From Rubrivivax sp. (GTDB taxonomy: Bacteria > Pseudomonadota > Gammaproteobacteria > Burkholderiales > Burkholderiaceae_C), in assembly GCA_043716775.1 (NCBI GenBank), contig JAYSYB010000045.1, positions 1 through 58,986 of the forward strand: DNA of 58,986 nt. The letters run 5' to 3'. A program made the translations under genes and the position numbers. How positions within the stretch are numbered: the stretch's first letter is position 1; each line of letters begins with the position of its first letter. The notes under the pieces are model-generated. The model searched no databases and had not been told where the DNA came from. It saw only the letters and a list, made by a program, of their open reading frames with translations. This document shows, piece by piece, positions 9,196 to 18,241 of this stretch.

Positions 9196-10299
9196 ATGAA
9201 TATTCGCTTCTCCGTCCTTGCCATGGTCGCTGCAGCGGCGGCTGCCACTGCAGCGTTCCTCGCCGTGCCGGCCGGGGTTCAGAGCCGCACCGACACCGCG
9301 CCCCGCCCCGTCGCGCCACGCGGGACGTTGGGCGCTGACGAGCTGGTCAACATCGACGTCTTCAAGAAGGCGAGCCCTTCGGTCGTTCACATCACGAGCC
9401 TGGGTGTGCAACGGGACATGTTCTCGGCCAATGTGCAGCAAGTGCCTCGCGGCACGGGCACTGGCTTTGTCTGGGACAACGCAGGCCACATCGTCACCAA
9501 CTTCCACGTCATCCAGGGTGCCAACGGTGCGCGCGTGACGCTGGCAGACCAGAGCATCTTTGACGCCAAGCTGGTGGGGGCCTTCCCTGACCGCGACCTG
9601 GCCGTGTTGCGGATTGACGCGCCCAAGGACAAGTTGCCCCCCATCGCGCTGGGCAGCAGCCGCGATTTGCAAGTGGGGCAGCGCGTCTACGCCATCGGCA
9701 ACCCCTTCGGCCTGGACCAGTCGCTGACGACGGGCATCGTCAGCGCGCTGAACCGCGAGATCGAGTCCTTCAACCAGCGCACCATCCGCGGCGTGATCCA
9801 GACCGACGCCGCCATTAACCCCGGCAATTCGGGCGGGCCGTTGCTGGACAGCGCGGGCAGGCTGATCGGCGTCAACACGCAGATCGCCAGCCCCAGCGGC
9901 GCCAGCGCGGGCATCGGCTTTGCGATTCCCGTCGACGAGGTGAATCGCATCGTGCCGCGGCTCATCAAGGACGGCCGCTTCGTGCGCCCGGCATTGGGCG
10001 TGACGGCCGGCCCGCCCAACCTGCAGCGAGCGCTAAATCTACCCAAGGGCGTGGTCATCGTGCAGGTAGGCGCCGGCACGCCGGCTGCCAAGGCGGGCTT
10101 GCAGCCCTTCCGACGCAGCAGCAAAGGGGACGTGGTGGGCGGCGACGTCATCACCGCGATCAATGACGAGCCGGTGGCCGACCTGGACGCGATGCTGACC
10201 CAACTTGAGCGGCGCCAGCCCGGTGAAACCGTCACGCTCACGTTGTGGCGCGGCGGGCAGACGCGAAAGCAAAGCGCAGTGCTGGCAGCAGCCGAATGA
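9196..10299 (+). CDS. HtrA/DegQ-like trypsin serine protease with PDZ domain
   Basis: Signal peptide; TNFHV, DLAVL and INPGNSGGPL catalytic triad; single C-terminal PDZ (GDVITAIN). Confidence 0.92.
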   Translation: MNIRFSVLAMVAAAAAATAAFLAVPAGVQSRTDTAPRPVAPRGTLGADELVNIDVFKKASPSVVHITSLGVQRDMFSANVQQVPRGTGTGFVWDNAGHIVTNFHVIQGANGARVTLADQSIFDAKLVGAFPDRDLAVLRIDAPKDKLPPIALGSSRDLQVGQRVYAIGNPFGLDQSLTTGIVSALNREIESFNQRTIRGVIQTDAAINPGNSGGPLLDSAGRLIGVNTQIASPSGASAGIGFAIPVDEVNRIVPRLIKDGRFVRPALGVTAGPPNLQRALNLPKGVVIVQVGAGTPAAKAGLQPFRRSSKGDVVGGDVITAINDEPVADLDAMLTQLERRQPGETVTLTLWRGGQTRKQSAVLAAAE

Positions 10300-10348
10300 A
10301 AGATCGGCCGCGCAGGGCCGACCGAATGCTTCAGATCAGGAGAAACGC

Positions 10349-10846
10349 ATGACACGTCGCCCCTTCCTCAACATCCTCACGAGCCTCGGCCTTGGCAGCG
10401 CCGCCAGCGCGGTCAGCACTGCGTCCACGGCCGCCACCAAACCAACCCGCGCCGACCGCGTCGAATTGACCGACGCCGAGTGGAAGAAGCGCCTGTCCGA
10501 CAGCGCCTACCGCGTGCTGCGCGAAGAAGGCACCGAGCCGCCCCACACCAGTGCGCTGAACAGCGAAAAGCGCGTCGGCGCCTTCCACTGCGCAGGGTGC
10601 GACCTGCCACTGTTTGCGTCCACCGCCAAGTACGAAAGCGGCACCGGCTGGCCGAGCTTCTTCGCGCCGCTGCCCGAGGCCGTGGCCACCAAGACCGACT
10701 ACAAGATGATCCTGCCGCGCACCGAATACCACTGCGCCCGCTGCGGTGGCCATCAGGGCCACCTCTTCAACGACGGTCCGCGGCCGACGGGGCAACGCTA
10801 TTGCAACAACGGGGTGGCGCTGCGTTTTGCGCCGACGGCAGCATGA
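10349..10846 (+). CDS. msrB: Peptide-methionine (R)-S-oxide reductase with Tat-like leader
   Basis: AGGAG RBS; MTRRPFL leader; SGTGWPSF, GHLFNDGP, RYCNNG and two CxxC motifs. Confidence 0.93.
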   Translation: MTRRPFLNILTSLGLGSAASAVSTASTAATKPTRADRVELTDAEWKKRLSDSAYRVLREEGTEPPHTSALNSEKRVGAFHCAGCDLPLFASTAKYESGTGWPSFFAPLPEAVATKTDYKMILPRTEYHCARCGGHQGHLFNDGPRPTGQRYCNNGVALRFAPTAA

Positions 10847-11490
10847 CGCGCCGCACCTGGGCAGGCATGGGCGGCGTGCTGGCGCTGACCGTGGTGGCGG
10901 GTTTGGCCTATTCCCAAAGTTCCCACAACCCGGCCGCGCCGGCAGCCCAACCCGCAGCAACCACCGGCACTGCGAAGGCGACTTTCGCGGGCGGCTGCTT
11001 CTGGTGTGTGGAAGCTGACTTTGACAAGGTGGCGGGCGTCATCAGCACGACCTCGGGGTACATCGGCGGCACCGTGGCCAACCCAAGCTACGAGCAAGTG
11101 GCGGCCAAGAGCACGGGCCACGCAGAAGCGGTGGAGATCGTTTTCGACCCCGCCAAGGTGAGCTATGAGCAACTGCTGGAAAAATTCTGGCGCACCATAG
11201 ACCCCACCACCAAGGACCGCCAGTTTTGCGACGCCGGCAGCCCTTACCGCACAGCGATATTCACGCACGGGCCGCAACAGGCTGCGGCGGCGCAGGCATC
11301 CAAGGCCGCCCTGGAGAAGTCCAAACCCTTCAAGGCGCCGGTCGTTACTACCGTCGAAGCTGCCGGCTCCTTCTATGTCGCAGAGGGCTACCACCAGGAT
11401 TACTACAAGAAGAATCCGGTGCGTTACAACTACTACCGCAGCGCCTGCGGGCGCGACGCGCGGCTCAAGGAGTTGTGGGGGGTGCAATAA
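10843..11490 (+). CDS. msrA: Peptide-methionine (S)-S-oxide reductase with N-terminal export signal
   Basis: FAGGCFWCVE, GHAEAV, AEGYHQDYY motifs; ATG overlaps the msrB stop. Confidence 0.93.
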   Translation: MTRRTWAGMGGVLALTVVAGLAYSQSSHNPAAPAAQPAATTGTAKATFAGGCFWCVEADFDKVAGVISTTSGYIGGTVANPSYEQVAAKSTGHAEAVEIVFDPAKVSYEQLLEKFWRTIDPTTKDRQFCDAGSPYRTAIFTHGPQQAAAAQASKAALEKSKPFKAPVVTTVEAAGSFYVAEGYHQDYYKKNPVRYNYYRSACGRDARLKELWGVQ

Positions 11491-11740
11491 CAGGCTAACA
11501 GGCGGACGCCTGCCGGCACTGCAGCCAACCTGCGTGAGGTTTCGAGATTGGCGCTAACGCGCCAAAGCGGTGTCGCCTGGTGCCTGGATCGCGCGCCCTC
11601 GCCTGGTCCGAATGCACGCCGCACCCGCAAACTTTGAATGCAAAGTGGGCATGCCCCTCGTTCAAGGGGGCGGGCTACTCGTCCGTTCCAGCCCTGCCGC
11701 CCTAGAATCAAATCCACTAATTCATCAGCGACCACGCATC

Positions 11741-12451
11741 ATGGACACCGAGAAACCCGACACGATTGCAGGAAGCGCTGAAGCCGCCAACTCCGGTCTG
11801 TCGATGGCGCGCCGCCGCTTGTTCCGGGGCGCCGCTGCCGGTGCCGGTGTGTTGCTCACCGTGCACGCAAAGACCGCCCTTGGTGGTGTGTGCAAGAGCC
11901 CGTCGGCCATGATGAGCGGCAACACGAGCCCGCGGCCCGGTGGCGGGTCCGTTTGCTCAGGAGGCCGTTCTCCCGGCTTCTGGAAGGTGCCGCAGCATTT
12001 TCAGTACTGGGGCCCTGCGGGTGCCACACCGCCCACCTTCGACGTGGGGGTGGTCATGTGTGCCACCGGGATGCAGCAACTGACGCTGAGCAATATCGCG
12101 ACGCAAGGAACCTTGTTGACCAGTATGGGGTTCGTGGGTGCGCCTGCGGGTGTCGGCTTCTGGGCAGTGATGGCGTTTCCCAACAGTTACCCCGGGGGGC
12201 AATTGATGCGCCACCTGAGCGCCGCCTGGTTGAATGCCGGGTACTTCACCAGTTCTACCCAGCGTTATCCCATCAGCAAGACGCAGGTCATCGACATGTG
12301 GAATGCCACCAGGGCCGGTGGCCTTTATTGCCCCGGTACCCTTCTCGGAAACTGCGGGTCTGGCGGCTGGACGGCCGCGCAGGTGATTGCGTACATCGAA
12401 GGCATGTACGACATCAACGACGGCCTTGGACCCGATCTCTGCAGAAGTTGA
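11741..12451 (+). CDS. Uncharacterised twin-arginine signal protein; candidate substrate of the adjacent kinase/RRE cassette
   Basis: RRRLFRGAAAGAGVLLTVHAKTALG leader, then CKSPSAMMSGNTS, GRSPGFWK and RHLSAAWLNA; six Cys in the predicted mature part. ATG 11741 preferred to the GTG start in the ORF track. Confidence 0.8.
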   Translation: MDTEKPDTIAGSAEAANSGLSMARRRLFRGAAAGAGVLLTVHAKTALGGVCKSPSAMMSGNTSPRPGGGSVCSGGRSPGFWKVPQHFQYWGPAGATPPTFDVGVVMCATGMQQLTLSNIATQGTLLTSMGFVGAPAGVGFWAVMAFPNSYPGGQLMRHLSAAWLNAGYFTSSTQRYPISKTQVIDMWNATRAGGLYCPGTLLGNCGSGGWTAAQVIAYIEGMYDINDGLGPDLCRS

Positions 12452-12494
12452 GATTCAGTTTTTCCAAGGTGGGTGATCGACGGGTGACGGGCGG

Positions 12495-12821
12495 GTGATA
12501 TCGATCAGCGTGAGGCCCGGGCGCTCGTTGCGCTGGTCACCGCAATGGCCTTGTTCCGACGCCGCCGTGCTGTTTGATGCCCATTCGGGCGACTACTGGG
12601 TTTTGTCGGCCGCTGGGCAGGCTGTGGTGCGCGCGCTGGAGCTCAACGGCCCGCAGGCTCAACACCATCTGCTGAGCCTCGTGCCAGGCGATCCCCAAGA
12701 CGCGCTGCAGCTTCTGGACGATTTGTCGCGCAGCGGTATCGTCACTGTCGGCACCACGGTTGTGTCCGACGCCTTCGGAATACCTGTGCGCCCAGAACCG
12801 GCCTCAGACACGCTTGATTGA
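12495..12821 (+). CDS. PqqD-family RiPP recognition element (HPr-rel-A system chaperone)
   Basis: About 108 aa; AVLFDAHSGDYWVLSAAGQAVVRAL...LLDDLSRSGIV fits the three-strand/three-helix RRE pattern; directly upstream of an HprK-related kinase. Confidence 0.75.
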   Translation: MISISVRPGRSLRWSPQWPCSDAAVLFDAHSGDYWVLSAAGQAVVRALELNGPQAQHHLLSLVPGDPQDALQLLDDLSRSGIVTVGTTVVSDAFGIPVRPEPASDTLD

Positions 12822-13674
12822 CACAGTCCTGCACATTCAGCCGTTCACGGTGCGGCTGCGTTCGCCTTTTGCGGCCGTTGGGCTGCATCTCGACCGGTTC
12901 TACAGCGGGTACCGGCCGTGTGAGCCCGGCACCTTTGTCGATTTCGACATTCAGCTGTTGCCGGCACGTGGCCTGCGCCGATGGTGGCATCCGCAAGCGC
13001 GTTTTTTGCTTGACGGCGATGAACCCTTCTTTCCACTGCCTGCCTCTCAGGCAGGCCCGCTGTTCGAATGGGGCCTGAACTGGTGCGTGGCGCAGCGCCC
13101 GCTGGGTTATCTGGTGATGCACGCCGCCGTGGTGGCGCGCGGCGAAGACGCGTTGATGATGCCGGGCTTCCCGGGAGCAGGAAAAAGCACGCTTTGCGCT
13201 TCGCTGGTGCTGCTTGAGCAGTGGCGCCTGCTGTCCGATGAATTGGCCGTGCTGGACCCGGCCACCGGCGCGATGCAAGCGCACCCGCGACCCATCAGCC
13301 TGAAGAACGCGTCCATCGACATCGTGCGCAGCTTTCCCGGCTGCCAACTGGGCACCGTCTACCGCGACACGCGCAAAGGCGACATCACGCATGCAGCGTG
13401 CCCGCCGGCATCGATTGCGGCGGCGGGCGCGGCCGCACGTGTGCGTTGGGTCGTTTTCCCCCGCTTCGAAGCGGGCGCCGCCCCCGTGTGCGAAGAACTC
13501 AGCCGGGCCGAGGCCTTCGCCTTGATCTCCGAGCAGTCCTTCAACAACGAAAGAATGGGTGAAGCGGGGTTCAGCGCACTGTGCGCTTTGCTCACCGGTG
13601 CGCGCTGTTTTGAGCTTGTGTACGGCAGCACGGAAGATGGCCTGGCCCTCGTACGCCAGGCCTGCGGCGCATGA
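12814..13674 (+). CDS. HprK-related kinase A
   Basis: FEWGLNWC, HAAVV, Walker A PGFPGAGKSTL, LLSDEL and PRPISLKN. TTG start at 12814 inferred from the overlap with the RRE gene. Confidence 0.87.
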   Translation: MIDTVLHIQPFTVRLRSPFAAVGLHLDRFYSGYRPCEPGTFVDFDIQLLPARGLRRWWHPQARFLLDGDEPFFPLPASQAGPLFEWGLNWCVAQRPLGYLVMHAAVVARGEDALMMPGFPGAGKSTLCASLVLLEQWRLLSDELAVLDPATGAMQAHPRPISLKNASIDIVRSFPGCQLGTVYRDTRKGDITHAACPPASIAAAGAAARVRWVVFPRFEAGAAPVCEELSRAEAFALISEQSFNNERMGEAGFSALCALLTGARCFELVYGSTEDGLALVRQACGA

Positions 13675-14765
13675 AGAGCCTGGGCGCTGCGGCAAACCGC
13701 CTGGTCAACGTGTTGCGCGCGCCAGGCCTGGCATCGGCCTTGTCCGACGCGCAGTGGTCCGAACTTGTGGCGGTGGCGCGCACCACCAACCTGATCGGGC
13801 CGCTGGCCGCCAAGTTGGCGGACAGCGGCGTCACCGCGACGCCGCGCGCAGAGCGGCACCTTGAGGGCGCGCGTCAGCTCGCGACGCGCCAACGCCAGTC
13901 GGTGCGCTGGGAAGCACACGGTCTGCAGGCCGCGCTCGGGGGCCTGGGCGTCCCCGTGATGCTGCTCAAGGGGGCCGCCTATGTGATGTCGCCCGACCAG
14001 CTGGGTGCCGGGCGCATGTTCGGCGACATCGACGTGCTGGTGCCTCGGGACGCGCTGGGCGAGGTCGAGAGCGCGCTCATGCTGGACGGCTGGGTGACCG
14101 CCAAAACGGACGCCTACGACCAGCGCTACTACAGGGAATGGATGCACGAACTGCCGCCGATGATGCACATCCGGCGCGGCACCGTGATTGACGTGCACCA
14201 CACCATCCTGCCATTGACTGCGCGCAATGTCCCCGACCCCGCTCGAATCCTTGCGCGGGCCGCGCCTGTGCCCGGCCTGCCCGCACTTCATGTGCCGGCT
14301 GCGGAAGATTTGTTGATCCACAGCGTGACTCATCTGGTCCACGAAGGTGAGCTCAACAACGGGTTGCGCGATCTGCACGACATCGATTCGCTGCTGCGCA
14401 AGTTTGGCCCCACGACCGGCTTCTGGGCACGCCTTGTGGCGCACGCGGCTGGCAATGATCTGGCAGGACCCTTGGCCCTGGGTCTGCGACTTGCCAGAAC
14501 CGTGTTTGACAGCCCGGTCGATGCCGCCGCCTTGTCGGCGTTGACCGCCGCCGCAGATGCAACCTGGCGCCGGCCCTGGCTGCCCGCGGTCTATGCCCAT
14601 GCGCTGCGGCCGCAATCGGTCACTGACAAAAATCTGCGCGCCGGATTGGCGCGGCTTCTGATCTACGTCAGGGCCCATGCCTTGCGCATGCCCGTGCATC
14701 TGCTGCTGCGCCATCTGACGATCAAAGCCTGGAAAGGGCTCGCGCGCTCCGACCCGGTGAACTGA
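13671..14765 (+). CDS. Nucleotidyltransferase family protein (NTP_transf_5-like)
   Basis: LLKGAAY...RMFGDIDVLV and IDVHH motifs; ATGA overlap with the kinase. Confidence 0.85.
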   Translation: MKSLGAAANRLVNVLRAPGLASALSDAQWSELVAVARTTNLIGPLAAKLADSGVTATPRAERHLEGARQLATRQRQSVRWEAHGLQAALGGLGVPVMLLKGAAYVMSPDQLGAGRMFGDIDVLVPRDALGEVESALMLDGWVTAKTDAYDQRYYREWMHELPPMMHIRRGTVIDVHHTILPLTARNVPDPARILARAAPVPGLPALHVPAAEDLLIHSVTHLVHEGELNNGLRDLHDIDSLLRKFGPTTGFWARLVAHAAGNDLAGPLALGLRLARTVFDSPVDAAALSALTAAADATWRRPWLPAVYAHALRPQSVTDKNLRAGLARLLIYVRAHALRMPVHLLLRHLTIKAWKGLARSDPVN

Positions 14766-14859
14766 GGCTTGCTGGCGCGGATTGTCGGCACGGCCGAAGT
14801 CCGCGCTGTCTGCAAGAAACCCATCCCGGCTACGATTTGCACGCACCCACGGAGCCCCC

Positions 14860-15477
14860 ATGCAAATCATCTGCCTCGACCTTGAAGGCGTGCTTGTCCC
14901 CGAAATCTGGATCGCCTTCGCGCAGCGCACGGGCATCGCGGCCTTCAGTCGCACCACGCGTGACGAGCCCGACTACGACCGGTTGATGCAGTTTCGCCTG
15001 GCGCTGCTGCGCCAGCATGGCCTGAAGCTGGCCGACATCCAGGCCGTCGTCGGTGGCATGGCGCCCATGGTGGGTGCCAAGGACTTTCTGGATGACTTGC
15101 GCAGCCGCTACCAGGTCATCATCCTGTCGGACACCTTCTACGAATTTGCCGACCCACTGATGCAGCAGCTTGGCCGGCCCACGCTCTTCTGCCACCGCTT
15201 GGTGGCCGACAGCGAAGGTTTCGTCACTGACTACAAACTGCGCCAGCCGAACCAGAAATTCCACGCCGTCAACGCGTTCAAGAGCCTCAACTACCAGGTC
15301 ATTGCAGCGGGCGATTCCTACAACGACACCGGCATGCTGGGTGCCGCTGATGCGGGGTTTTTCATCCACCCGCCGCCAGGCATCGTGGCGCAGTTTCCGC
15401 AGTTTCCGGTGAACCACAGTTACGCCGAATTGCGCGCAGCCATCGAAGGCGCAGCGGCGCGGTTGCAGGGCGCGTGA
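14860..15477 (+). CDS. thrH: Bifunctional phosphoserine phosphatase / homoserine phosphotransferase
   Basis: CLDLEGVLVPEIW, TTRDEPDYD, SDTFYEF and GDSYND HAD motifs typical of ThrH; GGAG RBS. Confidence 0.92.
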   Translation: MQIICLDLEGVLVPEIWIAFAQRTGIAAFSRTTRDEPDYDRLMQFRLALLRQHGLKLADIQAVVGGMAPMVGAKDFLDDLRSRYQVIILSDTFYEFADPLMQQLGRPTLFCHRLVADSEGFVTDYKLRQPNQKFHAVNAFKSLNYQVIAAGDSYNDTGMLGAADAGFFIHPPPGIVAQFPQFPVNHSYAELRAAIEGAAARLQGA

Positions 15478-15523
15478 AGGCGATGCGGTTTGGTTTGGCG
15501 CCGGTTGCAGGAGGTGCGATGCG

Positions 15524-15728
15524 ATGTGAAGTCTGAAGATCATCACGGGGGCCGGGTTCGCCGACAAGCTGCAGCCAGAGGCGCCTGCCGCAGCCCCTGC
15601 AGCGCTTCACGATCGGGCGCGACCCCGTCAACAGTTGGCCCATCGCAGACCGCACGCTGGCGATCTCGGGCCGCCACTGCGAAGTCATCGCCACCCCTGA
15701 CGGCCCGGCGCTGCGCGACCTGTCCACC
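15524..15728 (+). pseudogene. FHA-domain gene remnant
   Basis: AGGAGG RBS, then ATG TGA (stop at codon 2), a frameshift near 15584, then FTIGRDPVNSWPIADRTLAISGRHCEV...LRDLST. These are the FHA GR / SxxH / DxxS motifs, cut off before the conserved NG. Confidence 0.7.
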
Positions 15729-15730
15729 CA

Positions 15731-16772
15731 CCCGACTGGCCTGAAAAGCAGCGCGTCAGCGTGCACCGCGGTGCGGTGGCGCTGGAAATCGACCGCGGCG
15801 CGCGGCGCGCGGCGCCTGCTGCTGGCTCACGGCCAGTCGCTGCCCTACGACAAGCTGGTGCTGGCCACCGGTGCCCGGTCAACGCCGCCCGACGCGCAGT
15901 TTCTGCGCCACCCCAACGCCTTCATGCTGCGCAGCGCCGAAGACGCGCAGGGCTTGCGTTACCACGTCGGCCGCGCCAACGCCAAGCGGGCCGTGGTGAT
16001 GGGCGGCGGCGTGCTGGGTGTGGAAGCGGCCGATGCGCTGCACCACCTGGGCCTGAAGGTGACGCTGCTGCAGCGCGCCGACCGGCTGATGAACGCCCAG
16101 CTCGACGCGCCAGATGCCGCCAAACTGCAGGGTTATCTGGAAAGCATCGGCATGCAGGTCATGACCGGTGTAACGGTGCAGGGCTTCGAGGGCGAACCGC
16201 TGCTGCAAGCGGCACAACTGGCGCATGGCCCACGCGTGAAGGCGGACGTGGTGGTGGCCGCGCTGGGCATCCAGGCCAACACCCACCTGGCCGCAAAGGC
16301 CGGGCTGGCGCTGGGCGATAACGGCGTGCGGGTGGATGCGTTCATGCGCACGTCCGACCCTGACATCTATGCCGTGGGCGATGTGGCCGCGCTGAAGGGC
16401 ACGCCGCGTGGCTTGTGGCCCATTGGCGCGGCGCACGCAGCCACCGCAGCGGCGTCCATCCTGGGCGACCCGATCCCCTATGCCACGCCGCGCATCGTGC
16501 TGCAGCTCAAGTGCGAAGGCATCGACCTGCGCAGCCAGGGCGACATCACGCCGCGCGAAGGCGACGAAGACTTTCATACCCGCGCGGACGACCCGGCCTG
16601 GTGGCGCCTGGTGGTGCGCCACGGGCAACTGGCGGGCGGGCTCTATGTGGGGCCGCCGGGCACCGCCAAGGCTTTCACCAAGCTGCTGCAGCAGCCGCCC
16701 GACTTCACGCCGCTGCGTGAGTCCTTGCGCAAGGGCAGTCTGGAAGGCCTGAAGCGCCTGGGGCGCGGCTGA
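15731..16772 (+). pseudogene. N-terminally truncated, frameshifted NAD(P)/FAD-dependent oxidoreductase (rubredoxin/nitrite-reductase-like)
   Basis: YDKLVLATG, GGGVLGVE and TSDPDIYAVGD are present but the first FAD-binding GxGxxG is absent. CGCGGCG occurs three times at 15794-15814; two copies would restore the frame (…EIDRGARRLLL…). Confidence 0.72.
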
Positions 16773-17156
16773 GCCTGGTTCAGCCGCGCGTGGTGATTCA
16801 CGCTGAGTGCGAGCATGCTCCTGGAGGTTGGGGTCGCAATGTCGCCATGGGTTGACGACGGATATTGACGAGCCAGCCTTCGCCGTGTCGCCGGCATGAG
16901 GGCAGTCCCGGAGCGGCCGCCACCCTGCAGCCAAGAGGCAGCGAGCGCGCGGCAAGCGTGACAAGCTGGCCGCAACACCGCAGCGGCAACGGCCGCCCAT
17001 GCCAGGCTGCATGCCAAAATCTTCAGGCAGTTGAAGACGGCCGAGATGGACACTTGTCTGCGCCGCACCGTGACCGCTGCGTACGGCTGCAAACCGCGCC
17101 GTGCACTCCCCTCACCGACCGGCCGACCCCGGCCACCCAGGCCGCCCCCATCCCAC

Positions 17157-18173
17157 ATGAAAATCCTGCTCACCGGCGCCGCCGGTTTCATCGGCTCAAC
17201 CGCCACGCTGCGCCTGCTGGCGCGGGGCGACGACGTGGTCGGCCTGGACAACCTGAACGACTACTACTCGGTGCAACTCAAGCTCGACCGTCTGGCACGG
17301 TTGACGCCGTGCCCCAACTTCCGCTTTGTGCAGTTGGACGTGGCCGACCGGCCGGGGATTGAAGCGCTATTCGCGAAAGAACGTTTCGACCGCGTCATCC
17401 ACCTGGCCGCGCAGGCCGGCGTGCGCTATTCGCTGCAGAACCCGCACGCCTACGTCGACAGCAACATCGTCGGCTTCATGAACATCCTGGAAGGTTGCCG
17501 CCACAGCCAAGTGCAGCATCTGGTGTACGCGTCCAGTTCCAGCGTCTACGGCGGCAACACGAAAATGCCGTTCTCCGAACACGACAGCGTGGACCACCCG
17601 GTGAGCATGTACGCCGCCACCAAGAAGGCCAATGAGCTGATGGCACACACCTACAGCCACCTCTTCGGTCTGCCGACGACGGGGCTGCGCTTCTTCACGG
17701 TGTACGGGCCCTGGGGGCGGCCGGACATGGCGCTGTTCCTCTTCACCAAGGCGATCCTGGAAGGCAAGCCCATCGATGTCTTCAACCACGGCCAGATGCA
17801 GCGCGATTTCACCTTTGTCGACGACATCGTCGAAGGCGTCATTCGGGTTTTGGACCGCACGGCCGCGCCCGACGCCGCCTACCGCCCTGAAGAGCCCGAC
17901 CCGGGCACCAGCAATGCGCCGTTCCGCGTCTTCAACATCGGCAACCACAACCCGGTGCCGCTGTTGGACTTCATCGCCTGCATTGAAGACGCCATCGGCA
18001 TCAAGGCGCAGAAGAACCTGCTGCCATTGCAGGACGGTGACGTGCCGGCCACGTATGCGGACGTCGATGCGCTGCGTGATTGGGTGGGCTTCACGCCAGC
18101 CACCGACATCCGCACGGGCATTGGCCGTTTCGTCGCCTGGTACCGCGACTACTACCGGGTGACGGCTGCTTGA
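17157..18173 (+). CDS. NAD-dependent epimerase (UDP-glucuronate 4-epimerase type)
   Basis: [48 protein letters not shown]. Confidence 0.93.
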   Translation: MKILLTGAAGFIGSTATLRLLARGDDVVGLDNLNDYYSVQLKLDRLARLTPCPNFRFVQLDVADRPGIEALFAKERFDRVIHLAAQAGVRYSLQNPHAYVDSNIVGFMNILEGCRHSQVQHLVYASSSSVYGGNTKMPFSEHDSVDHPVSMYAATKKANELMAHTYSHLFGLPTTGLRFFTVYGPWGRPDMALFLFTKAILEGKPIDVFNHGQMQRDFTFVDDIVEGVIRVLDRTAAPDAAYRPEEPDPGTSNAPFRVFNIGNHNPVPLLDFIACIEDAIGIKAQKNLLPLQDGDVPATYADVDALRDWVGFTPATDIRTGIGRFVAWYRDYYRVTAA

Positions 18174-18241
18174 GCCCGCGCCGCTAGAGCGCCGATAAAG
18201 CGCCGATAAAGCGGCGCCTTCAGCCCGCGCCGGTTTGGGCG

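Noticed and set aside
14860-15477. thrH as the eraser phosphatase of the kinase cassette
   Set aside because: It is a typical housekeeping ThrH with its own RBS after a 94-nt spacer. ThrH acts on free phosphoserine, and adjacency alone is weak evidence.
16773-17156. Possible gene or ncRNA between the pseudogene and the epimerase
   Set aside because: The ORFs there have no motifs or RBS, and I could not recognise an RNA structure.
18188-18213. 11-nt tandem duplication AGCGCCGATAA between convergent genes
   Set aside because: Only two copies with no spacers; not CRISPR and not a clear terminator.
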